A stretch of DNA of 64,000 bases, from contig NC_092670.1 of assembly GCF_964355755.1 (NCBI RefSeq), forward strand, positions 9,042,201 to 9,106,200. Reading direction: 5' to 3'. This DNA is from Antedon mediterranea (Eukaryota; Animalia; Echinodermata). Made by a program: the position numbers and the translations under genes. The notes under the pieces were generated by a model. It saw nothing but the letters and a program-made list of their open reading frames with translations. It was not told where the DNA came from and ran no database searches. Positions 41,701 through 53,803 of this stretch are shown in pieces; position 1 is the first letter of the stretch, and each line of letters opens with the position of its first letter.

Positions 41701-44114
41701 TGTAATTAGACTGACCCTTGAGGAAGCTTTGCTGCTACTCGAATGAAGTGTTGTCTTGTGATTTGGGACCGACATATACTGGCCTAGCTATTATTAGAAC
41801 GTATAACCTGTGTGAGATCTCCAATGGATAACCTTGTAAAGGAAGATGTCTTCTAAGAATTCCAAAGCTAAAACAAACATTGCTATTCAATTAATATCGA
41901 ATACAAATATCAATTGAAATACTGACATGAATTTTAGGCCTACAATCTTTTAAAGTTGTGGAACATGAAAGGGTTTAATCAACTAGGCCTACTAAATGTG
42001 TGTCTACAGAGTGGTGGATTTAGAAGGCGGCCCCTTTGTCCTACCATAGATTATTTTTAATCAACTTCCACACAATTTAATCAATGTTAGATGTTTGATA
42101 ACTAGGTAAATTGCCCGATACTTTAGTCTAGGTTCTAGACGGTGTTTTAACTTAAAATTAGTTACTTGAGCCCGTACAAAAATCGAAACTAGGGCTGGTA
42201 GACTAATATAAACAGATAATAGGCCTAACTGCAGACTTTGGGAATGAAGTCTACGATACTTTTAACAAACTTGTACATTTCATAACGACATATTATCTAC
42301 AGAATTATGTAATAAATAAATACTTTATTGCGTTGCGTTACGCTTGCGATGGGTAGTGGTAAACCAAGAGACTTACAACTACAACCTAGAGATAAAATGA
42401 TCTGATCCCCTACGCGAATTTCTATTTGATATACACACTCGTACACCCGACCCATTAGGAATTATTTTTTTCCCTCACTCTTGAAAATAGTAGCCTACGA
42501 CAGAACATTGTAGTTTTGAATATAGGCCTATGCAAACGTACGTAAGCATATCCAATGAACATTTTCTTTGTGGTTATGATTTGTGAAAGAAAGAAAATAA
42601 GGGAAAAAGAGAGACAATCTAACGAATGAAAACATAGCGTGTGGGTTTAACAAGTGTTATTTTTAACATTTTGCCGTTAGGGATGATGAGAAGAAGAAAT
42701 ATTGAAATCTTTTAAAAATATTAGGCCTAATTGTATAATAAATGGCTACATTAATTTGAGTTCCACCTGCCTCGTTTCCGAGTATAAGCCCGTTTTACAG
42801 TCGAATTAATACCTACGTAACAACCCACTATGGATTTACGACTCATAATTGTATAATAAATGCATAACAAAGCAGTCGGATTTGTATACGTATTGTGAAT
42901 ACAGTTGCAGGTGTACAAGATGAAACGCAGGAAATTACAAGATCAATACTGCAGTGTAGGCCTATCTTGAAATCTGAATGTCTAGAAACGTACCATATTA
43001 TTATTAAACACAACTTTTGTGTTTGCAACACAGGAATGAAAAGGTATTATTTAAGGTTTCTTTAACTACAATCAAATCATCAAAGGATGTGAGTTTTTTC
43101 TTGGAGATTTGGTTGATGAAAATATTGAGAAACCAGTTTGTCTATTTGGTTTACGTTATGACTACTGAACTGTAGTGACTTTTGAAGTGTTTATAAAGAA
43201 GCAAACTAGAAGAATTGAGTCAGACGGTAGTTTCATTGAATACCGGTACATTTTCGTTAATTCAAGTTATGTGCTTACGTCTTCAGATACCTCTAATACC
43301 AAAGTAGGACTATAGAGGATACAAACGAGAAGAGAAGAAGATTGTTTCAGATATTTTTAAGAAAACCTGTTCTTAAAGTTGCTAACCAGTCGTGTGATTA
43401 CATAAAAAGATAGAGGTCATCAGAGGAAATGTGACGACCATTGTAAATTAGGAAGAATACAGAACAACTGTTTAAAGATATAACATATTTGTTTAAATAG
43501 ATCACATTACAGGAGTATACAAAGAGAAGAAAATTTGACTTATTTCAGACACATTTGAGAAAACTTGATAACTATGTGAATGTCTTGATCAGTAGAGGAA
43601 ATAATGCGAACATTAAAAATTACGAAGAGTAATATATATAAGATATATATATAAGGCATAGCATATTTTGTTTTAATCAAGTTAAAACTCCTTCCAAAGC
43701 CCGTAACAGAGGCTCGTGTCAAATTGATTTTGATGCGCGTGCTCATACCGAGTGATTAAATCTAATTTTTCAATTTATTCGCCTCTATTTATAATAATTA
43801 GCACAGAGCATGTTTTTCTGTACTGTACAGTGTCTACTCATTATCCTTTGTAATGGTACAGAATGACTTTTACTTCTAAATAATTGACCTGATTAATATT
43901 AATATATTCTGTGCGTCAAAAAGCAATTGAGAAAAATATCGTTGTACCTTACGTATTCTGTAGCCTTTGTATCTACAGTAGTCGTATAGGACTGACAAGA
44001 CAATATGCAGTATATAATATCTCAGTTTTGATCAGATTTATGAATTAGTAATTGATGGAATCACGAAGTAAAAGCAGAATAATTGAAGGTATGTGTGTTT
44101 AAATAAGCAGAATT

Positions 44115-45398
44115 ATGGCAGACAAACAGCCTTTCCGTGTCCCCAAAGTAAAAGGTTTGATAAACATCACTCGTGTTAGACAGGCTGAACGCTTAGAAGA
44201 ACGTAAGCTAGAGAAAAGGATCAACGATATCTCTGGAGAAATGCGGGAAAGTATTCATCAATTGAACATTAATAGTAAAACATTTACAAACCACATCCAG
44301 AGAATTTTTAAGCCAAGGATTGGGCGCCTAAGTAGTTACCCACAAAATCATGATACTCCGAATAGACGTAGTAGACAAATTGCAGCAGCTGCTACGTTAT
44401 CAAGATTTTCTTCAACTCAGCACCGAGCTGAAGCACCATTTGAACACATTGCATCACACGAAAGACCATCTGGAAAGACACTGTCTCATGACCAGCCACC
44501 TGATGTGAATCCTGGAAATCAAATCTCTAGAAAGTTGGTAAAGAATAGACCTAAAGAAGGATTGTATTCAAACAAATTCAATAAAAAGCAGAAAGATAAT
44601 ATTAAACAATCTAATCTTGAAACAAATGATGAGGTACGTGAAAATAAATTTAAAGAAGCCAGAGTGAAAGAATCTTCTGATGATAGAGTTGTAAATTTTA
44701 AACCAGCCGATGAGAAACGTTCATTCAACTTTTTAAGGAAACAGACAGTCGCCAAAGGACGTTCAAAGAGAAAAGTAGGCCTAATGCCACGTCACATCCC
44801 CACGACGCCAATAGCATTACAAACAAGAGATTATACCGTAGAAAAGGTAACTACTGAAATGAATCAACCTGTAGAAGTAACGTCAAACGATTTACTTCGA
44901 CCGATTGTGGACAATAAAAACTCTTCTGAAACATATTTTGATTTTGATTTTTTTGCTCAAGTTGAAGGTAACATTGCACCCAAACATGTTTCTGTACATT
45001 CGAAAGAAGACCCAAACTCTTTCACACCTGGGATTCCAATGACACCTAAGTCAATATTAAAGCCGAGAAAAAGTTCTCAACTTGTTAACAAGCATTCCAA
45101 CCGTCAAGAGGAATATAGTGGATCAATGACTGGTAGGCCTAGAAGTGTTCTTGGAAGTCCAGCAGGAAAGCATAGTCACGATGCTCACATTCTTTCAAGT
45201 GGCCTAAAAAATGTGTTTGGAACTCAGCCAAAGAAAGAAGTTGCGCATGTAGTCTACGAATTCTTAAGAGTTGAAAGAATTGATGGCGCTAGTCTTTCCA
45301 AAAGTCAGATAAAGAGAACAATCTCACTGGAAGATAGTTACGAGGAACTCCAAAAGTGCCGATATTTACGAAGTAATGGATTAGGAAAATCAGTGTAG
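44115..45398 (+). CDS. Intronless 427-aa uncharacterised protein: N-terminal coiled coil, disordered basic middle, C-terminal ELQKCRYLR
   Basis: 1284-nt ORF in AT-rich DNA; AATAAA shortly after the stop (~45408); layout loosely reminiscent of CCDC190-like proteins (weak). Confidence 0.8.
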   Translation: MADKQPFRVPKVKGLINITRVRQAERLEERKLEKRINDISGEMRESIHQLNINSKTFTNHIQRIFKPRIGRLSSYPQNHDTPNRRSRQIAAAATLSRFSSTQHRAEAPFEHIASHERPSGKTLSHDQPPDVNPGNQISRKLVKNRPKEGLYSNKFNKKQKDNIKQSNLETNDEVRENKFKEARVKESSDDRVVNFKPADEKRSFNFLRKQTVAKGRSKRKVGLMPRHIPTTPIALQTRDYTVEKVTTEMNQPVEVTSNDLLRPIVDNKNSSETYFDFDFFAQVEGNIAPKHVSVHSKEDPNSFTPGIPMTPKSILKPRKSSQLVNKHSNRQEEYSGSMTGRPRSVLGSPAGKHSHDAHILSSGLKNVFGTQPKKEVAHVVYEFLRVERIDGASLSKSQIKRTISLEDSYEELQKCRYLRSNGLGKSV

Positions 45399-46381
45399 AT
45401 ATGTAACAATAAACAACATTTATTTCAACAATGGCAGAATCTAGAAATGCTTGTGTCAGGGACGCGATTTACAAAACAGATCATCAATGTGCTAAAATAG
45501 GCCTACTGTGGAAACCTATACCTCTTTAGACAAAAATAAAATATGTTTTAATAGTTACGTCTTTATTTATATATAAATCCTCATCTGTATTTCATTAAAT
45601 AAGTTGAAAATATTTATATCACGTAAATCGTAAACTCCAATGTTGCCGGTATATCAAATAAAGTTAAATTATTTTATCATCGTTACATTTTAGTTATATT
45701 TTTAAATATTACCAAATCTATTATACTGTAATGTCATTTCGGGATCTGATTATTAAAGTAATATCAATAAATTATATATAACTCGAAAACATATAGGCAA
45801 TAACAAATTCGCATTACTTAGCCACTTCCGAAACTTTATTTAAAAGTCTGAATCTACTGAACTTAAATATAAGTATCAATATATGCCTTATAATTAAACA
45901 AACACTTGGATAACTAATTGCCACCTTCGATTAGTAATATTTAACTATTTTTTATTCTTAGTTTTATTATATTATTATTTATTATATTATTTTTATCATC
46001 TTGCATATATCCATTACTTAAAAGTAAATAAATAAAAATAAAATATCGTAACATACGTGATTTTGGCCCTCTATCTTTTCCCGGTCCCGCTTATAATATT
46101 TATGTTGAATAAAACATTTCAAACGTACAGAGGCCTACTTATACTATTTTATCTACTTCTGTTGATCTTAAACTGGAGTTATTTAAAGTAAAAGTAGTTT
46201 ATCTACTGAATTTAAACACATTCGAACCAGAACATCACCAACACATTATACAAAATTAAAATTCTAATGTATTTCAAAATAATTATTACTAGTTTTATAA
46301 CTAGCATGCTTCAAATAATCATAAAATACAAGGCTTGCACTTTCCCCGTGATTTGCAAACAAATACATAAAGAATGGAATA

Positions 46382-46910
46382 CAGTATAACCCCTCCTTTG
46401 AAACATCCAGGGTACATCCCTATTAAGGGCACAATTTCTAACAAAACTAGGGGAAATATTATGTTTTAACACTACGGCCAACTCCTACCAGAGATACCCC
46501 TATTATATTGACAGGGACACTTCTGAGTGTGCCAACATGGTTTAGTTAATCAATATTAAGAAACAATATTTTTTCCCATCACAAAAACAACTAAAATGAC
46601 CAAATAATTATTATATTCATTTATTTTTTATTTATATTGTTATTAATACAAAAATGTATTTCATAACAATCGTGATACTGGTTTGATACTGATGATAGTT
46701 TAACAGTTTTCATTGGTGAAACATTGGCTTCTAAATTTTCAATTCTTCTCAATTTTTAGTACAGGCCAATTATTGTTTATTTTGGTATATTTGATTTCCC
46801 CGCGAAAAAAGGGGGTTTTGTGTTGGTGTCTCCTTCAAAGGACATTCCCTAGCTAGTAAGAGGACAATTCTCTGGGTCCCGAAGGTGTCCCCTTAATAGA
46901 GGTTCTACTG
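46382..46910. mobile_element. Tc1/mariner-type MITE
   Basis: ta-cagtataacccct ... agaggttctactg-ta; subterminal repeats ccctattaaggg/gggacac. Confidence 0.7.
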
Positions 46911-47132
46911 TATTTATGACAATGTATATGATTATATGTATTCCACTTTAATAGCTACCATTTTTATTTTTGGCCGCCGTCTTGGAACTGAGTTACTCAC
47001 AGTCATAGAGATAATAATTTATGTCCTGAATCGGTTTTACTGACCTAACTTGTCTATTTGTGACTTTACAGCCAGAGATTATGATAAATTTAATCCAATT
47101 ACTGGCATTCATTTTGGATTTTGGCCGCCATC

Positions 47133-50103
47133 TTAAGAAATCGGAAGCTGACTAATATGACTTAAGAGGCGTATATAAAACTCCTCTAAGATAGGTTTAA
47201 TCTTATCGCATGCTTCTCGTGCAACATCGACGCTTTTAAACTCCCGCTCTTCCATTTTTCCCGACTTGTCTGAATACACAGATACGTCCATCCTGTCCCC
47301 TAAGTCACCTTCGTGTTTTGCAACGTTATTCATTCTAACCAACGCAAACAGCCAGTTATTTTGTTGTGGGTCAAAAGCCGGTTGAATCTAAAACAAACAT
47401 TACAACATAACGGTATTAGTTATCACCAGTTAAAGTTAAGGTTAAATTACGTTTTTAAGAAAAATGACACATAATGTAGGACTTATGTAATCCATTAATT
47501 TTCAGCATTTCAGCAACATTTCAAGATTTCTGAATGTAGAAATGTGTAATAATTTATTTAATTACCGGTATTTCCTATTACAGACATTACTAAAAGGCAG
47601 TATCGTATTTCATAAAGTATACCATTTTAGGAAAATGATAAATGGGTAGGCCTACGTTGAAAATTAAACATCCTTAATTTCCTTAGTTTAGTTTCGGTTT
47701 GCTGAAAAAGAAGCGATACTTACAGAAACTAGGAAATCGAACAATTTTGGAAATTGTTTAGTAAAGGTAACCGACTTTTTATCTTCCTTTTTTGTCATCT
47801 TACAAGTTGTTTGGAAGTGTTCCTTGACTTTTTCTGCAATTTTATCAGAAGGGCAGTTATCAAAACTTTTAAAGTAACACTGTGGTTTCTTCCCATAAAT
47901 CGATTTCCCATCAGTCGATTTTTTATAAGTAGATTTCCCATCAGTAGAATTCCCATCAGTCGATTTCCCATCAGTCGATTTCCCATCAGTCGATTTCCCA
48001 TCAGTAGATTTCCCATCAGTCGATTTCCCATCAGTAGATTTCCCATCAGTAGATTTCCCATCAGTCGATTTCCCATCAGTAGATTTCCCAAATTTAGATT
48101 TATTATCAGGCGATGTCTCGCCGGGTAAAGTCGCAACAGGATAATGGTAATCTCTAAACTTGATCATTGTGTGGTCGAGGAGTGTTCGGCAACTGCTAAT
48201 TACATCACTTTGTGCTTTCATGCGTTTTGTATTATCATTTTTACTAATAACCAAACGCTCCATGTCAAATTGTTTATTTCTTACATCTTGTAAAGCAATA
48301 CCCATATTAGAAGAATCGGCAGAAATTAATTCTAAAATTTCCTTTCGACTACTTTCAATGTAGACATATATATGGGCACAACATATGTAGAAGTTTCTGT
48401 TTCCTCTGCTCATTCTTTTTACCTCATCGAGTAGACAGTTTGCTGCTGTAAGGCAGGTTGCCAAATTTTACAGATTCTTTGAATGACGTAATAGCATCTT
48501 CCCTTCTACCTTCACATAGAGCAATATTGCCTCTCTTCAAAGCTAATGCTGCCTTGCATTCATTGATAACATCATATTTAGGGTGAGGGAGTTGTTCCAT
48601 TACTTTAATAAAGCCATCAACTTTACATAAGGTATCGCTGTTCTTTGTTTTTACATCAGCTAAGTATTTTAGAATTGTCCACTTTCGTTCTTCGTCAATA
48701 TTTAAGCCAAGCTCTATTTGCCGATGGAAGCAAGCAACTTGTTCATCCCCAATTTTTTCTTTTAAATTTCCTAACTCAAATCGTGATTTTGTATTCCTAG
48801 AATCCATTCTAAGAACATTTTCATGATAACTTTCGATGTGCTTGATAGATTGTTGTACCATAAAATTAACCTCCATAAAGAAGATTGTGGGCGGACCACC
48901 ATCTTCTTGAAATTCTTTTAATGCCAGGTCAACAACTTCTTGAAATCTATCAATAGCATCAATAGTATCAATAACTTCTTTCTTTTGCTCCTGAAGGAAC
49001 AAGGCTAGTTGATACCTGATGCGAATCAAAGTGCCTGGATCATTATCAAAATTTTCCAGAAGCTGGTTATAATATTCTTTAGCTTCATTGTAATCAGTAA
49101 GTTCCTTCACGTGATCAAATCTTGCTGCAATGTTGGTTGGATCCGCGTCAATTGCTTTTTGGAGATGATACATTTTAGGAACTGGATATAATGAAATTTG
49201 TCGGTACACAAGATATGATTGGTGATGTATGAAAGAACTAGAATAGTTCAATTTTTCAGCTTCATGTATAATTTGTATGGCTTTAGGAAAACTTTTCATC
49301 CTTCTGTAAAGTCCTATAGCTTCACCTAATACCCTTCTTCGCACTGGGATTTTATCCAGTGCAGACTTTAAGAAGTAATTTGCCTTGTCAATTCTGTTCT
49401 GTCTTCGTTTTATTTCTGCCATCAAAACAAGTGCGTAGCTGTGATTTGAATCCATTTTCAACACGCTATAGAAATTGTTTAGCACTATGTTCATCTCGGG
49501 ACAAAATCTATTTTGTCCCGAGGCTGAGGCTTTTGCTAATCTCCACCTTATAAAGCCTAGTGAAAAGAGAAAGTCTTTTTCCTTTGGACACAAGTTAACT
49601 GCTTCTTCAAATGCCTTAATGCTCTCTGAATATCGGCGCATCCCTACACGTGACAAGGCAAATCCCTTTGTTGCGAGAATACTACCGTTAAACATGTTAT
49701 TATCCTTATAACGTGATTCAAGTTCCCGCAGTTTCCGAATGTTAGCATCAAGTTTAGTCGGGTCGTGACGGTCGAACAAGGCTTCAAGCGCAATAGTAAT
49801 TGATAAATAACCGCTGTTAAGAGGCAGTCTTGATATATCTTGGTCTTCAATTTGTCTACGGACTTCGTTGATACATTCCATTGCTTTTCGTTTGTTCTTT
49901 TCTGTATTTCCTTTGAATTTCGAAAAGTAAAGATAGCTTTTAAACAGCAATCCCTCAATTACCATACCAGGAGAATCGTCGATATGCTCATTGATAAGAC
50001 GCTCAAGAGACTTGAATTGTTTAATGCACTTATTTTCAAGTTCCCATGTCAAATGAAAAGAGCATTTCAGCAGCTGGTCTTGTAAGATTTTTAATGACGT
50101 CAT
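47133..50103 (-). CDS. IFIT-like TPR protein with putative C-terminal HEPN domain; exons 47724..50103 (frameshift at ~48455) and 47133..47387; ~875 aa if repaired
   Basis: IFIT-like segments LLKCSFHLTWEL, KGFALSRVGMRRYSESIKAFEEAVNLCP, LYRRMKSFPKAI, SSFIHHQSYLVY; C-terminal CRTLLD..CYF..SIQP..WLFALVRMNNVAKH; phase-0 intron 47388-47723 (gtaagt..ttttag); acceptor 19 nt upstream of ATG. Confidence 0.82.
47895..48090 (-). repeat. In-frame 15-bp coding minisatellite (GKSTD)x~13
   Basis: gatttcccatcagt(a/c) tandem units. Confidence 0.96.
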
Positions 50104-53100
50104 ATCGTATTCTTGTTAATATCTATAAAAGAAGTATATATTTTAATGGATCGTACACGCCTATAAATAACAGAGTGCAATTGTAATAACCCTTTCGAAT
50201 ATTGTAAAATGGTTGGTAGTTTAACAATAAAATATGTTTCTTAATCATTCAAAATCGGACTACAAAAAGTTTATTTTCTTACGACCGTAATATAGGCCTA
50301 ATTAATAAATAAATAACATTATCAAAATATGTTATGTTTATATTTGAATTATTATTGTTCCTGAAAGCTCGTATTATAGCTTCACCTAATACGGTACCCG
50401 TCTACGTACTGGCATTTTAAGCACATTTTCAGAATGCCTTATCGGTTAGAAGCACATATCGTCATTTATTTGCGTTGGCTGAGGCTTTTGCTAACCCCAC
50501 TTGTGAAGTGAAAAGAGCCAGTCCCTTTCGTTTGTATCATATACTAAATAATTGTAGGGATTCCATAATAAATTATAATAACCCTACCTAAATCAGCTCA
50601 TAGGATGCCTCCAAGCATACTAACGACATCCAGTCGGCGAAAATCTAGCATAGGCATACCTATAATAGTGTACAATCTAAATTGGTGAGATGTGAGTAGG
50701 CCTACTATAGGCATGCCTATGCCTATTTCTTTCTATAATCTCGTACTATTACAGTATAGAGCAATCAAATGAAGATCTATAATAATATAATATAAACTGT
50801 AACAGTTAATTATAAACTAAATTACTAGCCTAATATAATCTTACTTCGTGAAAATTGCTTTCCAAAAGGGGAGCGGCGTAAACGAACATACATCAAAGAA
50901 TATTACATATTTTATAGGTGATATGGGAAATTCCAGAAAAGCAGGTTGCCTGATAGCATCAACCAATAAGGCAAAGGAAATTTCAATAATAATGGTACCA
51001 AGTTTAATCAACCGCGAACAAGCAAAAATCAATATAACGTAACGTCAATAGAGTATAGGAATAATAAAAGGTTGTTTAGATCGCCACGTCTACACTAAGC
51101 ATGCACATTTTTTGTTAGCACTGTATTATAAATCATATAGGTAGCTTCCAGATCACATTTCTATCTTGTTGTCTTCACTATACATAACTAGTTCTGCAAT
51201 TCTTATCATACGGTAATCTTAGTATGTTCGTAGATATACCTAAGTACCATAGAATATAATCGATCCATTGATATTACATGAAAAGTTAGATCAACTTGTC
51301 TTGTGTTTATGCTGATTGGGTCCAAGTTTAACAGTCCTGTTACCTGGTCGAACGGCTCGGAAGCCCGCAGTTTATTAGTTTTTGTTGAAAGACATTTTTT
51401 TAAATGAAATTAAGAGTAAGTGTTTTAATTTGGATCTGTTTGGAAAAATCATAACTGGGCGGATGCATTAAGAATGTATTTTTAGAAATACCAATAACAT
51501 TGTTAAATATGCAAACTGTATCGGAACTCTTTTCTGCAAAAAGATATACCAGATCTAAATAGTTTAATAGACAGTATGTCATTAACAGAGGGCTTAAGGC
51601 AGTTGAAACGAACAAATTGGCCTATAAGTTTTCAACATGGTGGCAGGTCTGATTGGCAGAGAAATTCTGCAAAGCATTTGGTATATAAACAACGACCTAA
51701 ACTATATTCGCAAACAAAACTTTCCTACAGAATTGTCACCGAACAATCTCATAAAGGAGGAAACTGTAAAGACGTTTTTATCAATTAGACAAATTCATTA
51801 AAAGTGATAACAAATTCACATTGGATTTTAAGGTGGTGATTATGAAATCATGCAGTGCTGACTTTGTGTAAAGTAGGTTAGTATCAAGTCGAGCCCTAAA
51901 ATCTGGAAAAACAATTTCCTTTAACAAACATGGCAGCTTCTAGCTTATCATATTCGCTATCTATGCTAGGTAGGTGAAATTACACTCTGTTTGTATGTTT
52001 ACTTCCAAAAACACTTCCTTGTAGAAGAAAAATTACAATTTGAAAGAAAATTTGGTAGTGTTGCATTATTAGGCCTACTTTACTTTTTCGCTTTTTGAAA
52101 AGAAATGTAGGCCTACTGTAGTTAAAAAATTAGGTATGTGTCAGGTCAAGCACAATATAAGCCGCATTCTGTTACATGGTACGTAGCGTTTGTATTTTCT
52201 TGATGTATTTCTTTTTTCAAAATTTGGTTGATGAAATTAAGAAGTTTGTCTATTACTTCATGACTACTTAACTGGAGAGAAGATGCTTATAAAACTGGAG
52301 GCAATACAGGTATACAGGTCAACTTGACCGAGAAGCATATTTTAACAACGTATTAGGGATATACATATGATTTCAGAACAATCGCCGCAACGCGCTCGCC
52401 GTAAATTGCTGTGACGTCACAGGTGCATCGCAACTTTTACGTCATGAGTTTTCTAGCAAAGTCTGGCAAATCGCGAACATTTCTAGTAAACACACTTCGT
52501 AAATAAATCGTAAAAAATATAAATGTTGATTTTTTTTGTATTGTTTTTTTTGCCTATCTCGACTCATTAAGTAGATTTTGCAATGATTTTAACTCAATTC
52601 GACGGTTCGATAAACAAAATATGCTTCGACTGGCTTTAATCGCCATGCAAATCTTCAAACAATTATCAACTCGAGTATTACTTACAGTCTGTTATAGGCA
52701 CTTCTAATATAAACCTTAAGAGCGTATTCTCACACTTGCAAAATGTGTGAACTTCTTGATCATATTGAAAATTACAAACAATGGGGCAAATTGACCAAAT
52801 GAGATATTGTAATTTAATACTTTGTCTTTCAGATCAACAACCAGTTCTCACTATTTCTCTCCAGCAATCCTGTGATGTTACATAAGTACAAAATAACAAT
52901 AATCAGCTGAATCATCCGTCAAATCCATTCATACTTTATTTACAACACATCTGATCTGTTATAGTAGCATATACATGTATTAACGACAGAACTTATTGTC
53001 ATTTAAACAAAATGCTAAAAATGAAAATTGGTTGAATTGAACATGTAAAATAGACGTATGAATACAATATAAAGCATTGTAACCAGTGATTTTAATGTGA

Positions 53101-53803
53101 TCTAGGCCTACTATTAAATACATGAATTGAATTAAAAACAAATGATTGTTTGCAGCATTTAGTGTTTTGGTTCAGAGTGATCAGTTTGGCTAAGCTTAAA
53201 GAATTTATTTAGAGGATGATCGGGAACCCGAGGAATTTACAGTTTTTAGGATGTCCCTTTCATGAACCAATTTATGAGGTTCAATGCTGATTCCGATGAT
53301 TTTACTGGCCCACTTTAAAATTTTAGCTAGTTTGTTTCTTTACTTTTGCATAAGATTCGAAAACCAGACAATAGAGCTGAATAAAAGAACACTTTTAATA
53401 ACGCTTTAATTTAAAATGTACGACACAGTAAACAAGGTTAATTGGTCAATTGATTGGTTTAAATTATTCTGCATTTAAACGTTAAAGAAAGTTAATCAAC
53501 CACACATGAGCACTCAAGTCGGCGATAAAATTCTGATTCGGATTAGCTTAAATGCAAGTGCCTATGGACACAGCTTTAATCATATCTATGGTAATATGGA
53601 TGCTTACATTATAAAAAATTCACATACTGTTCTGTACACTCTGACCACAAACTCATTTAGGAAGAGAGATCCTTCCGGTTCACCGGGAGGTGACCCCTCT
53701 TTTCAGAAGTCTACTAGTACTACATACATTCTACCTCAAATAAAAGGGAGAGGTATTTCATCATTCAAGGAAAGGCTTTTTACTTCGTCATCCAGTTTTC
53801 CTG

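Noticed and set aside
47754-48136. SRFPI / MGNRL repeat ORFs
   Set aside because: Alternative frames of the GKSTD minisatellite.
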